A stretch of DNA of 64,000 bases from Raillietiella orientalis. Lineage: Eukaryota. The translations under genes and the position numbers were made by a program. Positions 1 through 26,749 of this stretch are shown here, in pieces. The notes under the pieces are model-generated. The model was given only the letters and a program-made list of their open reading frames with translations, was not told the origin of the DNA and ran no database searches. Where the stretch lies: assembly GCA_036172245.1 (NCBI GenBank), contig JAYWIR010000003.1:310001-374000 (forward strand), given 5' to 3'. Each line of letters starts with the position of its first letter. Within the stretch, counting starts at the first letter, position 1.

Positions 1-1185
1 GAAATATGCTCTGCCCTTGGCCAAGCCAAAAAAAAAAAACACTCCGTTACAGCTTTTTAATTCTGTGACCACGGAGCACAAAACGGCACAAGAATAAAGA
101 TGACCTCCTCGTCCAAGAGTGAATGGCAGACCTGCGGAACTCTGGCGCTGCTGGAAGATATTCATACATGAAACACTGGTTGATCACGTGGGATGTTATG
201 GATGTCGGTCCTTGCTTTAATGGATAGGGAGTCATCAACTCTGTTTACTACTCTCTTAACAAAAAGTGAATTTAATGTTTTTCCCTTCAGCCGTTCGAAG
301 TTTCCTCCCCAGACCTCAAATCCGGATTGATTCGCAAGAACATTCCGTTTCCGATAACCATTTCCAGCACCCAAATTCCCTCATATTTTGAGAATACCGA
401 GTGTGAGTGCACCTTGCATTCTGATGAAACCCTTTTTGGTCCTTCGGTTTAAATTGTGCACGTATCAGTTAAAATCCGCTAATTTTGGGGTCGAAAAAGA
501 TGGAGGTGCGCCCCTATAGAGTACCGAGATCTTTCGTCATTATTATTTCTTCAATTTCGCATTCTGTTCTTTGCCTTGAATAATGAACTCCTAATACTGA
601 GATCTCATAATGTTATCTAACATCTGTCCGAAGATTGAATTCCAATTCGAAAAACGCGTTCTTGACTGCTTGCGTAAGTTAACAGACAAATGCCGAGGTG
701 CCACTTCCAATGTTTCATCCTACAGTGAATGAGTGATCTCATGGTTTCTCCTCCTCTGACTGTTTTCCATGATGCCTCGGGGTGATCTTCATTTGAAAAA
801 AAAAAATTAACACTGCATGCTTAGTGCTGTATTTAACCCAAATTCTCCTTTGCGTACGTATCAAATACATATTTTGCAAGCCAACGAGATTTTATATAAG
901 CATTCTTCCACGCACGAGCAAATTAGAAGGGTTTTCTCGAAGATCCATTGATTTGCTTTCAGATCTCTGAAAGCAAATTTCCTAAGGGCAAAGTAAACGT
1001 TTAATTCAGTAATAATTAATACGGATCCTTTTTGAAAAACCGAATGATAAAGGCCTTGTTTGGAACACTGTGCTTTTGCACATTTCGATTTGTACAAATG
1101 AAGATGGAGAGATTTGCATATTTCAGATGGCTTTGGAAAATTCCATGGACAAAAGAACGAAAAGTTTAGTTTTAAGAGTGCTTAC

Positions 1186-11023
<9,838 letters not shown>

Positions 11024-11330
11024 GTCACGTCGCAGCCTCACTATCTCTGCATAACGGTTTGTCCCAACAATGAGTCAGGGTATCCATCGCCAAACCTCGA
11101 TTTCTTACGAGACAAAAAGTTTTTTTTTTGGGGGGGTGGGGTGGTTGCGTCTATTGTATTCATTTCGGTTACACACACACGTGTGCCCGATTTCGCCCAG
11201 CAAGTGATATAACTGTCCAATCAAAAGAGTAAATGAAACAAAATACTCTAGCATTGAGAATAAAAAAGCCCCGGTTGGGTGCAATGTGTGCATAGGTGCG
11301 AAGGCCGCAAGTTGCGTAGAGGACGGGAAA
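11024..11330. promoter_or_regulatory. Putative bidirectional promoter between RSPH9 and cathepsin L copy B
   Basis: Divergent start codons at 11023 (-) and 11331 (+), 307 bp apart. Confidence 0.6.
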
Positions 11331-13137
<1,807 letters not shown>

Positions 13138-16100
13138 TGGTTACATAATTGTTTTCATGCAGATGTTCTCAACTGAGCTGCAATGATTTTTTACTTGGAT
13201 TTTAACTGCAGGAAGACTGGGATGGCTGCTTCAAAACAATAAAGCATTTATTGAGAACATCAAAGGCATCTGTACTCAGAAGTTTAGCTGTATGCATTTA
13301 TGGGGCTAAGATTGATTTGGTTATTACTATTGTGGAAGGCATTATTTGTTGAAAAATCTAATGGTATCAGAAGAAATAGTGTATGTTGTGTATGTAGCCT
13401 GGCACATAGTGTGGACATTTAAGGAAGCCATGATTTCAGGCAAATGTACAGCAAAAACACCAGAATCCCCCAGAAATAAGAATACATTCATTTTGAGTGA
13501 GAACTGGGCTGCTGGCTATTTAACAAGGACCTCAGTACGGAATTGTAATTTGGCTCCATATTGAAGGAAGTGGCTAATTCCAAACTTAAAATTATAACTA
13601 ATGTAAAAAAAATGAAATTAAAGTTGGTGTTGTTTCCTAATAAAGTCACCTAGACTTTTGCATTATACAATGCATCACAAAGTCTTCTGCCCTCACTGTT
13701 CTGAATATCCAAGTTTTGTAGCATGTTTGTGTAAAAACATGGAATAAACACGTTATTACAGTACAGGGATATTACAAATTTAAAATAAACAGTCCATCGT
13801 GAGCGCAGATATTGCATGTGAAGATGGTGTTCATAATTACCATTAATCGTGGTTTTCCTGGTATTTTTTTGTTAAATTCGTAACGGAATTATCATATGAC
13901 TTGGCCAGTTCGTAAAATTAACTGACGCATTCTCAGCCTGTAATATAGAGAATCAATGTATCATCAGTTTTTCAGAGTTCCTATTGGAATTTGTTAGATT
14001 TGTAGCAGATGCATTTAGAAAATGGAAAAAATGCGGAATCCCATGGCGTTATCTTTCATTTGATGACTGCCTTCTGTACCAGCAATAGTAAAAATATTCC
14101 ATTTCAATGCCTTTTTGTCTTTCCTCGGTTTGATTCACATGCGAATCAAAACTTATTGTTTCTTACATAATATACCTGTGCTCTTGAAAAAAAGGTACTA
14201 GAAAGAAAACTTTTTGTAGAAACATGTATGAAAGTGAACATAATATTACTTGGTTTTCTTGTTTTGAGAAGGTCTAGAAATGGTTTCACTAAAGCATCCG
14301 GACCCAGAAGGCATTTCTGAAATAGGAATTTCCAAATGGAATAGACTTTGCTTTTAGAGTAATCTATTCCCAAATGGTAGTAACCAACAAAAAGAGCCTC
14401 GACAGATTCATGGAAAAGTCATCGCCAAATTTCAAACGTGAAGCTGTTAGACTATGCGAGATACACCGAAAGCCAAACTCGAAAGATGAAAGCAAAATTT
14501 AGAAACAAATAAATACAAGTCATTCCACAATTTATTTCTGAGATCTAAAGATACAAATAGAACAATACACTTGCGAGTAGGAGTTGATGAGTCAGGAGAA
14601 AAGTTTATAATGATGCTAGTAGTTCGAATCAGCATGTGTATGTTTGGACCACTTACGTAAGATAGACCATAAATGAAATTAATCTATTACATTTGTATCC
14701 TGATGTATCATTTTTAAAGTTTGCTTCAGAAATCATCCAAGTCTTTCTTGAAATTATGCACAACACTTGGAAAATTCCGCTAATAAATTGCTGCTTATTG
14801 CTCTCACTTTTCATCGAGTAGGATATTTCAGCTTTACTTGTGCTGCCCAATTTACGACTGCATACAGATGTCTGACTACTAGGGAAAATCCGTATTTCGA
14901 CGAATGATTTGATCATTTTTCCTGGGAGGACACTAGATTGACCTTCACAAAAAATTAGGTTTTATTTTATTTTTGTGAACCAACATGTATCCTTGAAAGA
15001 GTTTTCAATCGTAATAACGATGCAAAGTGCATTGCCTGCATTAACGATGTAAAGGGCTACTTTACATAGACTCTTGCGATGAATGTTCAAGATGTAGTGA
15101 AACAGTATTTGAGTAATCGCTTTTGTCCCTAAAATTTGCTAGCCCGGTGCACATTTCAAACTGGGATGCGGAAAAACAAAACAATAAGGAAAACAACTTG
15201 ATAGTCACGTCTCTTCAAGAGTTTTATTGCGTATTAAAAAATAAAGGAATACATAAAAGAACTTCCAGTAATGTATGTCTAATCAAATAAAGCAGGTGGG
15301 AAAGAAAAGGATCAACAGTTGTGGAGTGGTAAGGTTCTGCCGTGGCGGAACGCATGAAATGGATCTGCCGCGAGGAAAAGGTCTGATCACAAGTTTAGAA
15401 CTGAAAACTTACGTATACTAGAAACTAGGTATTCACGAACTGAAAATATATTTTATGAAAGAATGGAAACTAGTTTTTGCAATGCATCGTCCAAATAATC
15501 AAATAAATAATATATGAAATTGTTTTGTTTTCTTCTGTATTTAATCATTTATATTGCAAGCTTCAAACATTTTGACATCTCAGACAATATGTAATGCAAA
15601 TTTATTCATTTGAGACTGCTGATAACCAAATACTCTACTCCTATGTACTCTCATTACTCCAGAAATTTCATGTACTATGGAAACAAGCGATAATGCAGAA
15701 GTTAGTATCAAAAGAAAACAAATTATAAGTGCTTTAATAAAAAACATAAATCTAGGGTTAGTAAATGTATCCGTCGAACTTTTTAAAATGGAAACTGTTG
15801 AAACTTTTGTTGTCCTAATATCGTGGTTGTATGTAGAACACTTTTTCTAATTTCACGAAACCCTTGGAGAATGTGGTTTGGCTGATGAATAGCATTTTTA
15901 CTACGGATATTTTCCCATGAAAACTAAGTGGTGAAATAAGTTAACAGAGAATATGTAGGGTGTGATATGCACCGGAAATGCAATATTGTGATTATGCTTA
16001 TTCGAAATTTTGTCGAAGTACCTTGCGAGGACTGATGCAGTGTTTGAAGTAACCTATTCGTTGCTGGTGTTGACTGCCATACGATAAGGGCAATGCTTGG

Positions 16101-16321
16101 GAACGTCTGAATCATTCAGTGGATGCATTCGCAGCTGTTTCTAAAAAAATTAGTTTTTCCATGCCATAAGATCTGATATTCTGTTATGATGGAATTTGTT
16201 TGAGTTTTCACCCCTGGAAAATGTGAAGGCTTGGGGAAGCAGACTTTCGAAATTAATGTATAGCCCCACTTAGTGATTTGGGTGATATTTATGAAAAGTT
16301 TGCTTTTAAGTACTAAGCATA

Positions 16322-19300
16322 ATGATAAGCACGCAACATTTAGAGGAACTTGAAGTGGTGAGTATTTCAGCGTATCAACTATACAATCATTCGTTATTCA
16401 GTTGAAGTCTTATGTGAATCATGAAATTGTACCCCAGATATAAGAGATTCTTTTTGAATTCTTATCGGAGAAATTCATTCATTCTATGTAATGAAATACA
16501 TACGATGAACATATGGTGCACTCATTAGTGCACGGATGCATGTAGTTTAAAATATGTTTTTACTAGATTGTTTTTACTCGATAGTTTACTGATTTCTATC
16601 AAAATGTAAGTTACTGATTTCTTGTAATCCTGAGGTTTTAAAGATATGTAAGAAATCATTTTATTGATACGTTTCTACCATGGGCAGCATTCGCGATTAC
16701 TAGTTACTATTATCAATTTGATAGCCGTAAATTTATAAGCCTTAAATTCATAGGAAATTATTGAAATCCTTTAGGATCCTTTTGATGTTGATGAGTTCAT
16801 TGAACGACTAGCTTGGAAGGTACTCAACAGTAACACAGGAAGTGATGCGAATTCAAAGGAAAATGAAGTTGATAATTTTAACTGTAAGGCATTGTATCAG
16901 TTTTTTTCGCAGATTATTCAGTAAGTATAGAATGCCCAAATGATCTGGACAGTAAATATTTTCTATTATTGGCATTTATGAATGCCATAAGTATCAGTAT
17001 TTAAAATTTAATTTCTAAAAGAATTTTTATTACAGAGAGTTAGAATGTTTTCAACAAGATTCTGTTGCCCGCTGCAAATCTCTTTTCCTCCAAGTAAAAG
17101 ATGAAGAAAAAATGCAGATTAAACAATTATCAGCACTTCAGGAAAAAAATAAGGTGTGTAGTCTTTCTATTATGGTTCGCTAACTTTGAATAAGAACCTG
17201 CTTACACTAGAAATGCATAATATGCAAAATTCATTTTAGATTGTATTTTCAAAGTACAATGATTTAGAAACCAAAATCAATTCAGTTGCTACAAAGATTG
17301 TCCACCTAGGTGATCAGTTGCAAAGTATTAACATTCCAAGATCAAGGGCTGTTGAAGCTCAGAAGTTGATGAATTACTTTACAGAATTTTTATATTCAGG
17401 CCCAATTGTTTCAACTATATTCAATGATCCATCTCTGGTAATTGATGTATTTATATTTTCAATTTCATTCTTTAGTCATTTCATCTTGACAAGTACTACA
17501 ATGTTCTGGTTTTTGTAACAATAGTAAAAATTTTGTTTCGAGTTTTCAAAAATTATATGATGCAAAGTGAGTTATTTTATTCACATGAATTTTTCTTAAA
17601 TTCATAATTAGCTGTTGATATTTCTGAAAACTCAGTGAATTAAATTATGTTTTTGTAATTGCGAACTGCTGAGCAAATTTTCAAAGTGTTGTGGAAGAGC
17701 ACAAGATTTGTTTTTCGAATTGCAAATTATTTTCCATACTGCACAGACAGCATATTGTAGGTAGTGGAATACATACTGTGTACTGCATGAAGAGAAAATT
17801 GTATATATTTTTTTCTTTCAAAGTCCATTCTCTTGCTTAAGTATGTACCTTTGAACACTTTAACGCAAAAGTTGTATGCTTGTGTTACAATTTATTAATC
17901 TTTGTTTTCATAACATTGACTATCATGACAAAATTTATATAACTCATCACTGATTACTAACAAAATGCTTGAAGAGTTGATTAAAGCAACAGTAATTGTG
18001 ATATGAGTTAATGCTAGGATTTTTAGTTTCAAGGAAGCTATTACTATATTTTGGCAAAATAAATGTATAAATAGGTTTTTATGTCAAAAACTTTGTAGTT
18101 TCCCTTTGAAATGCAGGCATTTGGTCTGGATAGCTATGTTCATGAAAGGACATTTTATAGTATTGTGATAATCCTTATGATCTATTTCAATGGGTTTATA
18201 AAACATCTGTTTAGTTGTTTTGCATTTGAAAAAGAAATTCTAATGTGACTTCATGTGACATTGATTAGATAATGCAGAATCTCCATAGAAGTTTAGTTTA
18301 CCTTCATACCATTTGCACTAAATTTTGGTTTTCCCATCAGTAATAACTTCCAATTACTTTCTCATTTTGGAATCCTGCTTTTTGCGGTCATTATCTAATA
18401 CTGAAGCCTAGTTCCATCATTAAAATTTACCACATTTGGAATTTTTTGTGTGTCAATCACATTTGTTGTGTAGGTTATTATAATTTTGATTCATGGTTAT
18501 CAAAATCATGCATCTTTCTATTAAATGAGATACTTGATATTAATTGGGTCTTTGGGGTTTGTTTTTAAGATTCTTGTGTTCCTATGGTGTCACATTTACC
18601 TTATTCTGCAGAGAATCATTTAGATCTTACGGAAAACTAAAAGCAATTTATTTTGGTTGGATTTAAGTTCTTTTGAAGCTTAAAAATAGTTTCAAAACGG
18701 AATGAAACCTTCAACATCTCTCAAAATGGGTGTTTATTTATTCCTTAAGTTTTCTAGGAATTGTTTTAAGGTTCAATGCATTGCACAAATCCATAAATAT
18801 GTATCCAAAAGTAAAACTCCTGCTAGTCAGAGTTGCTTTTTAGGAAAAGTACTGAATATCAACTCAGTTTATTATTTGCATATATCCTTGAATAAGTTGA
18901 AATGCGTATATTTTTTTTTTTTTGCATTGCTTCCTACATCTGTAATTTATAAATCGCAATGATTAACAGTAAATCATAATTGTATGTAGTACTGTGATTC
19001 TTTTATGTAACTGTATGTGTGCTATGATTCTTTAATTGTTTAATGTGAACTTGACCTGATTAATTTCTTTGCACTGACAAAAAAAAAACATTGTCAAAAC
19101 CAAATGCTCACATTCTTGGAGAAATTCATTTGAGAAATTTTTTCAAGTTTTTAGATTGAATATTTGAAAGATTCAGTTATTTTACATATAGTGTTTTTGT
19201 ATACTTATGGCTTAATAATCATGTGTATGCATGTAATTTTGAAAACTTTCCAGTTTCTCGAGTTCATGTGTTAGTATTATTGCTTATTTTTGTTTATTCA

Positions 19301-22300
19301 ACTGTGATTTTAGTTATAGATTGTATGTTAATTTTTCTTTATTTTTTAAGCTTCCTGATGCTGCAGATGTAATTCATAAGCTGTATCTGATTATTCAAGA
19401 ACTGCCTCAAAAAAAGTAAGTCATGAATTATCAGGCATGAAAAATATTCATTTGTGTTAAATTTTCATACATATACATTTTAACAATTTAAGGTTCCGAC
19501 AGGTTGGAGAAAGAATTTATCATAAATATGAGGAAATTGAATCATCATTGATAGAAGAATTCATTAAATCATATAGATCTGGGAACATGAAGAAAATGAA
19601 AGAATATGCATTTCTTCTGTCTCATTTCAAATGCTATAATCGATGCATAGATGTGTTCATTGAAGAAAGTCAATTGGTAAATTGAGTCATTACCAGTAAT
19701 TGTGATAAAATGCATGTAACTGTGCAGAATTGTAGGCTAAGTTTTTTAAGAAATACCACTAAATTTTAATATTTCCGCTATTTTAAAATGATTTTCCTTT
19801 ACACTCTTTACTTGGTAAAATTCGCTTTTTGTTGCTCTCAGGCCAGAATGACTCAAAATAGATACAAATCCGAAAATTCGATTGAAATCAAGACTTGTAA
19901 GACGTGAATCATGATGGTGAAAGGTGCATTTAGTACTGTTTTTCCTCAGTTTTCCTCAGTATACATTTTTCAAGCAATGTCGATTTCTTGTGTTCTAAAT
20001 CTTGATAGATATTCTCAGTGATAACTAAATAAGTAATTTACAGATTCTTGGTTTTGAATTTTTTTGGAATAATAGAATTGGGAATGAACATCTTAGCTTT
20101 CTTATCTTTTGAAAGAGAATAATTTTCGTTTTTTGTTTTCATTTATGAGCTGCAAGTTTCTAGCAAATGAATTCAATCCAGTTTGTAGATTAATCTTTTT
20201 GTTGTGATAAGTGGTGTTTTAATGAGTGGATGCTGTGTATTTATTTACTGTTTAGTCTTATACAGTAGTTTTATCACTCCAATAAAACAGGAATGCATTA
20301 ATGATATTATTGATTATGTTAACGTTAACCATCATAAGTACAAATAGAATTATTAAGTTTCCTATAATAATAATGATACATTGAAATTGGAAGGGTAGAA
20401 ATTTATATAGCTTGTTCAAATAGTTGCTGATTTCTTGCTTGAGATTCCATCATTGATATGTGTTTATTGTTTCTGTTTTTGGCAATCTATCTTATTCGAA
20501 TCCTTCTTCCCGTTATCAATTAATTGAGTTAGCTGCAAGCATAAATTTTCTAGCATTTTGCTATGATTGTTTATGAATGGAGTTATTTATTGCTAGTGAG
20601 TATATTCCTGTGTAAATATTCAAGTAAGATATGAAAAAAAAACTACATAATACACCCAGGCACATTTATGTTGCAGTTAAACTATTGTATGGACCTCCTA
20701 GTTGCATATTTTGAATATACATTGGTTGCATTCAATCAAAGCCTTTGAGATTTAGTGCTGTGGAAGTTCTTCGAGTTTGCATGTCATTAGTAAGGGTTTC
20801 ATAATTTTCTTATAATATTAGTCAGTGCTTATCCGGAAGATTATTCTTTGTGTTTCTTAGTGGAGTGCATGTGTTCCTTAGGTCTCCAAATCTTTGTTGG
20901 AATGATCTGGTCAAAGGTAGGTAGTGAATGTGGATCTTCCATATTACTCTGAACTTATGAATCAATTTTTTTGTGTATGTTTTGTTCATTGTGTATGTCC
21001 ACTCATACAGAGAACCATATGATGTGCCATTGCATTAAATATTAATTAATTATGTGATGATTTCTGTACTCTGACCCATATGAAAGGGAATCATGGAAGG
21101 GATATGAAAATGAATGTGTAGCGAACTTAGTAATAGGTTTGTGAACAGAATCAAACAAAAAGTTTCAATTTCGAGAAGAAATTAAAATATTACCTTTTTC
21201 CTAAATTTTTCAGAGTCAAATTCCTTGACTTTAATTAAAGCATTTAAGAAAAAGTAAACTGCAAATGAAATAAATTTACCAATTAAAATAATGCGAATTT
21301 TCTGAAGCACTTTTGTTCATTGGTAATTTTAATGCTTGCTTTAAGATCAGATGTAGATTCATGTTTTGGATTAGATTCCTCCCTTCTTTCCCTCCCTGTT
21401 CATTTACCCCATTATTTCCTGGTATCTAATATGCACTTAATATTTTAGGTAATGCATGACACTTTAGTACGTTCTTTTATAATACTGACAAAATTTCCAG
21501 CCTTCCTCATTGTTGCAAAAACACCACAGTAATATCATTTTGAACTTTGCAAAATAATAATATGGTTTTGGTCTTCTCGTAGATAGGTTGAAACACTTCT
21601 CTGTCTTTCACACTACCTCACTCTATCTTTTAATTTTAGTAGCTCCTTTAGATTGGAACTAAAAAGTTGAATGTAATTCGTTTGATTACTGACTTTTTCA
21701 TAACTGTGCTTTCAGCTTGCTTCAGTAGCACTTTTTTCTTATCGTATTAATTGTGAAATGCCTCGAAAAATTTTATCGTAAGTGTCATAGAATTATTCTC
21801 ATTATTTGTTATTGTTTAATGATAAATTGCGAAATACGTTGCTGCTAAATTATTTGGTGTTTTGAAAATTAAATAACATTATTGATAGAGAAAATAATTA
21901 ATTGTTTAGAGATAATTCACTTTTGCATTTCTATGATTTTGTCCCCTAAAGATCAAGGGAATTCGTCTACTAAAATGTTGCATTGCAAATGTTATCGTAA
22001 TCATGACTATTTTTAATGGTTCCATTGTGTAAACAGTAAAAAAATTACTTGAATCTGAATACTCAAGACCATTTGGAAAGTGTCATTGTATTATTGGTTG
22101 GCTTGAGGATCTCATGATCACAAGACTTTTGCTTGATGCTGAAACTATTTTTTTTATCAGTCATATTATACCTGATGGTTGCAATGTTTTGTTTTACTTG
22201 CACCTCACAGATTGAAGTTGAGAAAAGGAATTAAAAAGTATTAATGATCAATACAGTCCTAAAATGAAATGTCTAGAATAAACATAATTCTACATTACTT

Positions 22301-25300
22301 AATGAATGTTTCATGAACCTGTGATATAAGCAGATAACTATTTGTTTTAGGAGTCATATTTATAGTAATCATTTTAGGGCTGCCATAATCAAGATATATT
22401 TGAGAAAGCTGTACCACTGTGTGAAAAATTCTCAAATGTAATTAAAGAAGTGTTTATTAATCCAGAAAGTGTAATGGCAAAGTTTGTTTTGAATATTTAC
22501 TCCGGAAAACTTCAGGTTAGTCACAAAATAATGGTCTTTTTAATTTTTTATGATAGGAATTTGTTCAAAACTCACTTATCAACAAGGATCAAGAAATGTA
22601 TTTGAAATCTCTTAGTGATTTATACACTAGGTGAGTATTTTGCTATTAGTAATGTACACAATATGCATAAATGTGATATGCCCAAGTTATATTGCATTTA
22701 TTTTAGAACTCTGGATCTATCAAATCAGTTATCACAATACCTTGTGAATAATGATAAATCATTCCTAACTAAATTAGTCCAAAATATTTTTCAGCGCTAT
22801 TTCAACACATACATTAGGTATGTTAGTGCAGATTTAGTTAATTAATTGAAATGATTTGTTCCCTAGCATTGAAACGAAATATCTTCAAGACAAACTTTTG
22901 CTCATTCTAACTCGTTTCTATGAAGCAAAAAACCACCAAAAACGGGCGTATTCATCAGGACTAGCATTTCAGTAAGTACTTGTAGTTATATGTAAGGAAC
23001 AAATTGTATTATAACATTTCTTTCTTAGTCACCTTAGTTTGATGAATTGCTTACATGAGATTAATTACTAAACAAGGGACACTTGTTTAATAATTAACTG
23101 TATACCAGCAATGCATATTTAATGTGATACAACATGTTTCATACAACTATTTTTCCAATACTTGTGATTGCATAGGGTTTTCTTTAGAAAGAAGTGTCCA
23201 TGAATTGTTTTCAATGAAGTAGGTTTCGATGCTTTTAAAAACAAATTAAATTTAAGGAAAATAGAGTTGTCCACCCAATTTTTAAATTGAATGGCAGCAT
23301 CACATAATACAAAGATGGATTTGCTACAGAAGATGGATGATTACTTTCTCAATTAATAAATTGTTGCATATGTTTGTATCCAACACCAACGCAGCTGAAG
23401 CATTATCAGTCTATGGGTTTCATAAATTTCATGTAAATGTAAATTCATGTAAATTCCTAACTAATGTATTTAGTGGTTAAGTAAAACAGTTATTGCTATG
23501 ATGAATTTTTAAAAATGCGCCAATTTTTAATAAAGAATCTAAATGTTATTTTTATGCGGAGCATGACATGCATGATTTATAGGTGAGTAGTAAAATTCTA
23601 TATCAAAATTTGACATGAAATGAAAATCAGAAACTCACAAAAGTTAATAAAACTGAAGTGATGGGATGAATAAATAATTCAAAGACGAGTGTTAATACAT
23701 GCCAACACTTAGGAAACATTGCACCATGCACTGTACTGTCAAAGGAAAGGTTATTATTTAGTGAAACATGGTTATTATTTAGTGATCATTATTTTTTAAA
23801 CAGTGATAATCAAAAAAGTATTTAAAAAATAATGGTCAAACTTACAATATACTTACAAGCTGAAGAAAATTATTATTGCTAATTTTGTGCATGGCATTTT
23901 TAACTTGTATAAGCATTAAAAACTTTAACTTTCAATTGCATGAAAACTTTGATTTTATTTGCTCTTGAAAGCACTATTGAGTTTATTGTTCAGATCTCCA
24001 CTAATGAACTTACTCATCAACATAAATAAAATAAAATATAATGTGGTTGCAGTAAACATTTAAGCCTTTACAGCCATATGGTGAACTGATTTTGAGTGTT
24101 TTTCAAGACTTGATGGATGGAAAAGAGATTTGCAAGCTATCATGGCAAATATGAAACATGGTCAACATGTGGATCTGCCACAAGGAGAAACTTTTATGTC
24201 TGAAGAAATTGCCATTAACATGTTGCAGGAAAGTAAGCTATCTTTGAAACGCTGCCATCTAGTAAGTGATATCAATTATGTACCTAACGTAGCTTTCAGC
24301 TATCATATCCTTCTGAAATGGCTTCCAATGCTGCTCAGATATTTGATGTATTGACGCAGTATCTATTGCTTGAACATGTAAATTACGCTTTGGAAATCCG
24401 CCTGCAGTCGATATCCAGTGATGCAAAGGTGCTTCCTGATTTGACATTTCTGAATAGCATTCGTCAGTGTAATACAATCATACATTTAACAGAAAAACAA
24501 TTTGTGGATTTGTTGTTGCCAGCAGTTCTGTAAGACAAATCGTGTTTTATTTTAATATTTATATCTGTGTTAAGATCATCGCCAATATATTCTGAATGTA
24601 CACAGAAGAAGAAATCTGTAGAGAAAGAGATGGAAAACAAGATTGACCTTGGCTTGAATAGGTGAAATACAAGAAAATAAAATTCAACGTAGTTCTTTTA
24701 GGCTGCTTTCTAGTATAATAAATTGGATCAAACATTTGTTGCAAAGTGAGCAAAAGAAAGTGGATTACAAATCTGAAACATCAACAGTTTCACAAGTTTC
24801 CTCGGTAAGTACAATGTGTATATATTCCAATGTGCTTTCAATGCACATCTTGCATCCTTAGGCAAGTATCAAGGTTTGCAGATTTCTTAATGCAACAGTA
24901 CAAAAAATTAAGACTTGTCTCGATGGTAAGAATTTGTCTACTGTTTTGTTAGAATTAGGAATTCGTTTTCATCGAGTTTTGCTTGATTATGTTCAACAAT
25001 TTCAATATGGCATAGCTGGTGAGTTCAATCAGGATGATTTGATTGAGTATATGCTATTTGATTATAGGTGCCATGAGCTTACTTTGTGATTTGAACGAAT
25101 ATCGTAAAGTTATATCAGAATTCGATGTATCATTACTGGATGATTTATTTGATTTATTGAACCATTTGTGCAAATTGTTAGTTGTCCCACCAGAAAATCT
25201 TAAACAAGTTTGCAATGAGGGAAAACTGGTAAAAATGCTTGCTTAATTATTATGCATGACAGCTTCAGTTTAATAATTTGTATTTTAAACAGATCAATCT

Positions 25301-25397
25301 GGACCATAACATAATCAACAGTTTTCTCCATCTCCGGGCAGATTTCAAATCTGGAAAAATAGCATTGCAGTGGAAAGGGAAAGATAATTTCTTATGA
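16322..25397 (+). CDS. EXOC5: Exocyst complex component 5 (Sec10), about 17 coding exons
   Basis: Spliced translation MISTQHLEELEV|DPFDVDEFIERLAWK...SVATKIVHLGDQLQSINIPRSRAVEAQKLMNYFTEFL...GETFMSEEIAINMLQE...CLDGKNL...ELGIRFHR...LCDLNEYRK...LLVVPPENL...LRADFKS; all junctions GT-AG; AATAAA at ~25442. Confidence 0.95.
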
Positions 25398-26749
25398 AAT
25401 ACTCCAGTCTTAAAGTTACTGACTTGATTCCCAACATAGGCAATAAATAAAAAGAAGTCTTTCAGAATATTTTTACTATTTCATTCCTTAAGAAGAAATT
25501 TTTTTTTCTTTATATGTGCCTGCACATATAAAGAAAAATTATGCCTTCTTAAGAACAATAGACCATAACAGCTGCTAATAAAGTGCAGCAGTTTCGGAAT
25601 TAATGATTTGTCAAATAAGCGACTTTGTAAGGACTCTGAAAAACTATAATCCACATCAATTTAAGGTTTGACAAAAATATCGTAACCATCGGACCATGTA
25701 AGTTTTTCTTTGAGTGTAAAACCTAAGGTGGTCACTGTTTGGAGGTCAAGGGTATACTCATCCCTAGGCATCAATGCACAAGTGGACCCACTGTCACCTC
25801 ACGAAGCCGTCACATCATCACGTAGCATTAAAGAATGGTGTAGGCTCTGCGACGTCTGCTGATCACCCTTATACACGAAACACCAAGGACTGTGTAGCCC
25901 TGATGTTTTCGTATCGAAGAATGGACTTTCCTAAATTCCAAAGAAATTCCATGGATTGCCTCTTTTTTTTTTGGCCACAAGCGAGTCTATGAAGTAAGCT
26001 TCATTAAACCGTTTATTTCCCAATAAAAAATATACAGGATGATCAGTAACGCACGACTACGTAGAGATTCAAGAAGACCGTCAATTATAAAAATGAATCG
26101 CTTGGTTTAGATAATGACTAATTGTTTTGATTGAATCTGATTAGAGTATTGGAAGCACCCCTACTATTTCTTAGTGCAATCGTGTATTGATGTTATTTCA
26201 GTTATAAGGCTAGACCGAACGCGTAGCAATATGCTACATGTAATCAATACCGATAGTTTGGCTAAAGAAGCTCGATATCCACCAAACTGCAATAGTTCCA
26301 ATTTCATTTCATTGATGTTTAGAAAAGAATTATGAAAGAACGCATAACTTATGACTTCTTTGTTTGTTTTGTGTTCTTTCACCACAGTCACATCAGCTGT
26401 AATATACAGAGTTTTTTATGATTATTGTTAAAAGCACAGATTCAAGAAGAATAATATGTAAAACTCCTATGAATATTTATTCGAATTAATTGTAAGCCCA
26501 CTTTCTCGATAATCATGAGTTTTTATACAGTTTAATATCCCTAAGAAATATATGTATTATAAAATTGCTTGAGAATTATGTTCTCCATGGAAGAAAAATT
26601 TATCTCTTGCCCGGATTTCCGCGTCACTAAAAGATACATCAAATATTGGGTTATCATAACAAAAGGATTTCATGTCAGTACTTATGCCAATACTTTAAAG
26701 CTCACTACTACTCATTTTAGCAGGCATACATGAATTGATGGATTCATTA

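Noticed and set aside
160..800. Minus-strand peptides faintly like the RSPH9 C-terminus (DHPEASWKTVRGGETMRSL, SPRG)
   Set aside because: No clean splice sites and the KEExRL and WPG motifs are missing; likely chance.
13370..13570. CxxCxxxH fragment resembling a BEL/Pao gag knuckle
   Set aside because: Too short and interrupted, with no supporting element features.
26541..26585. Possible 45-nt GA-AG non-canonical intron in the candidate minus-strand gene
   Set aside because: No homology fixes the reading frame, and every intron in the conserved genes here is GT-AG.
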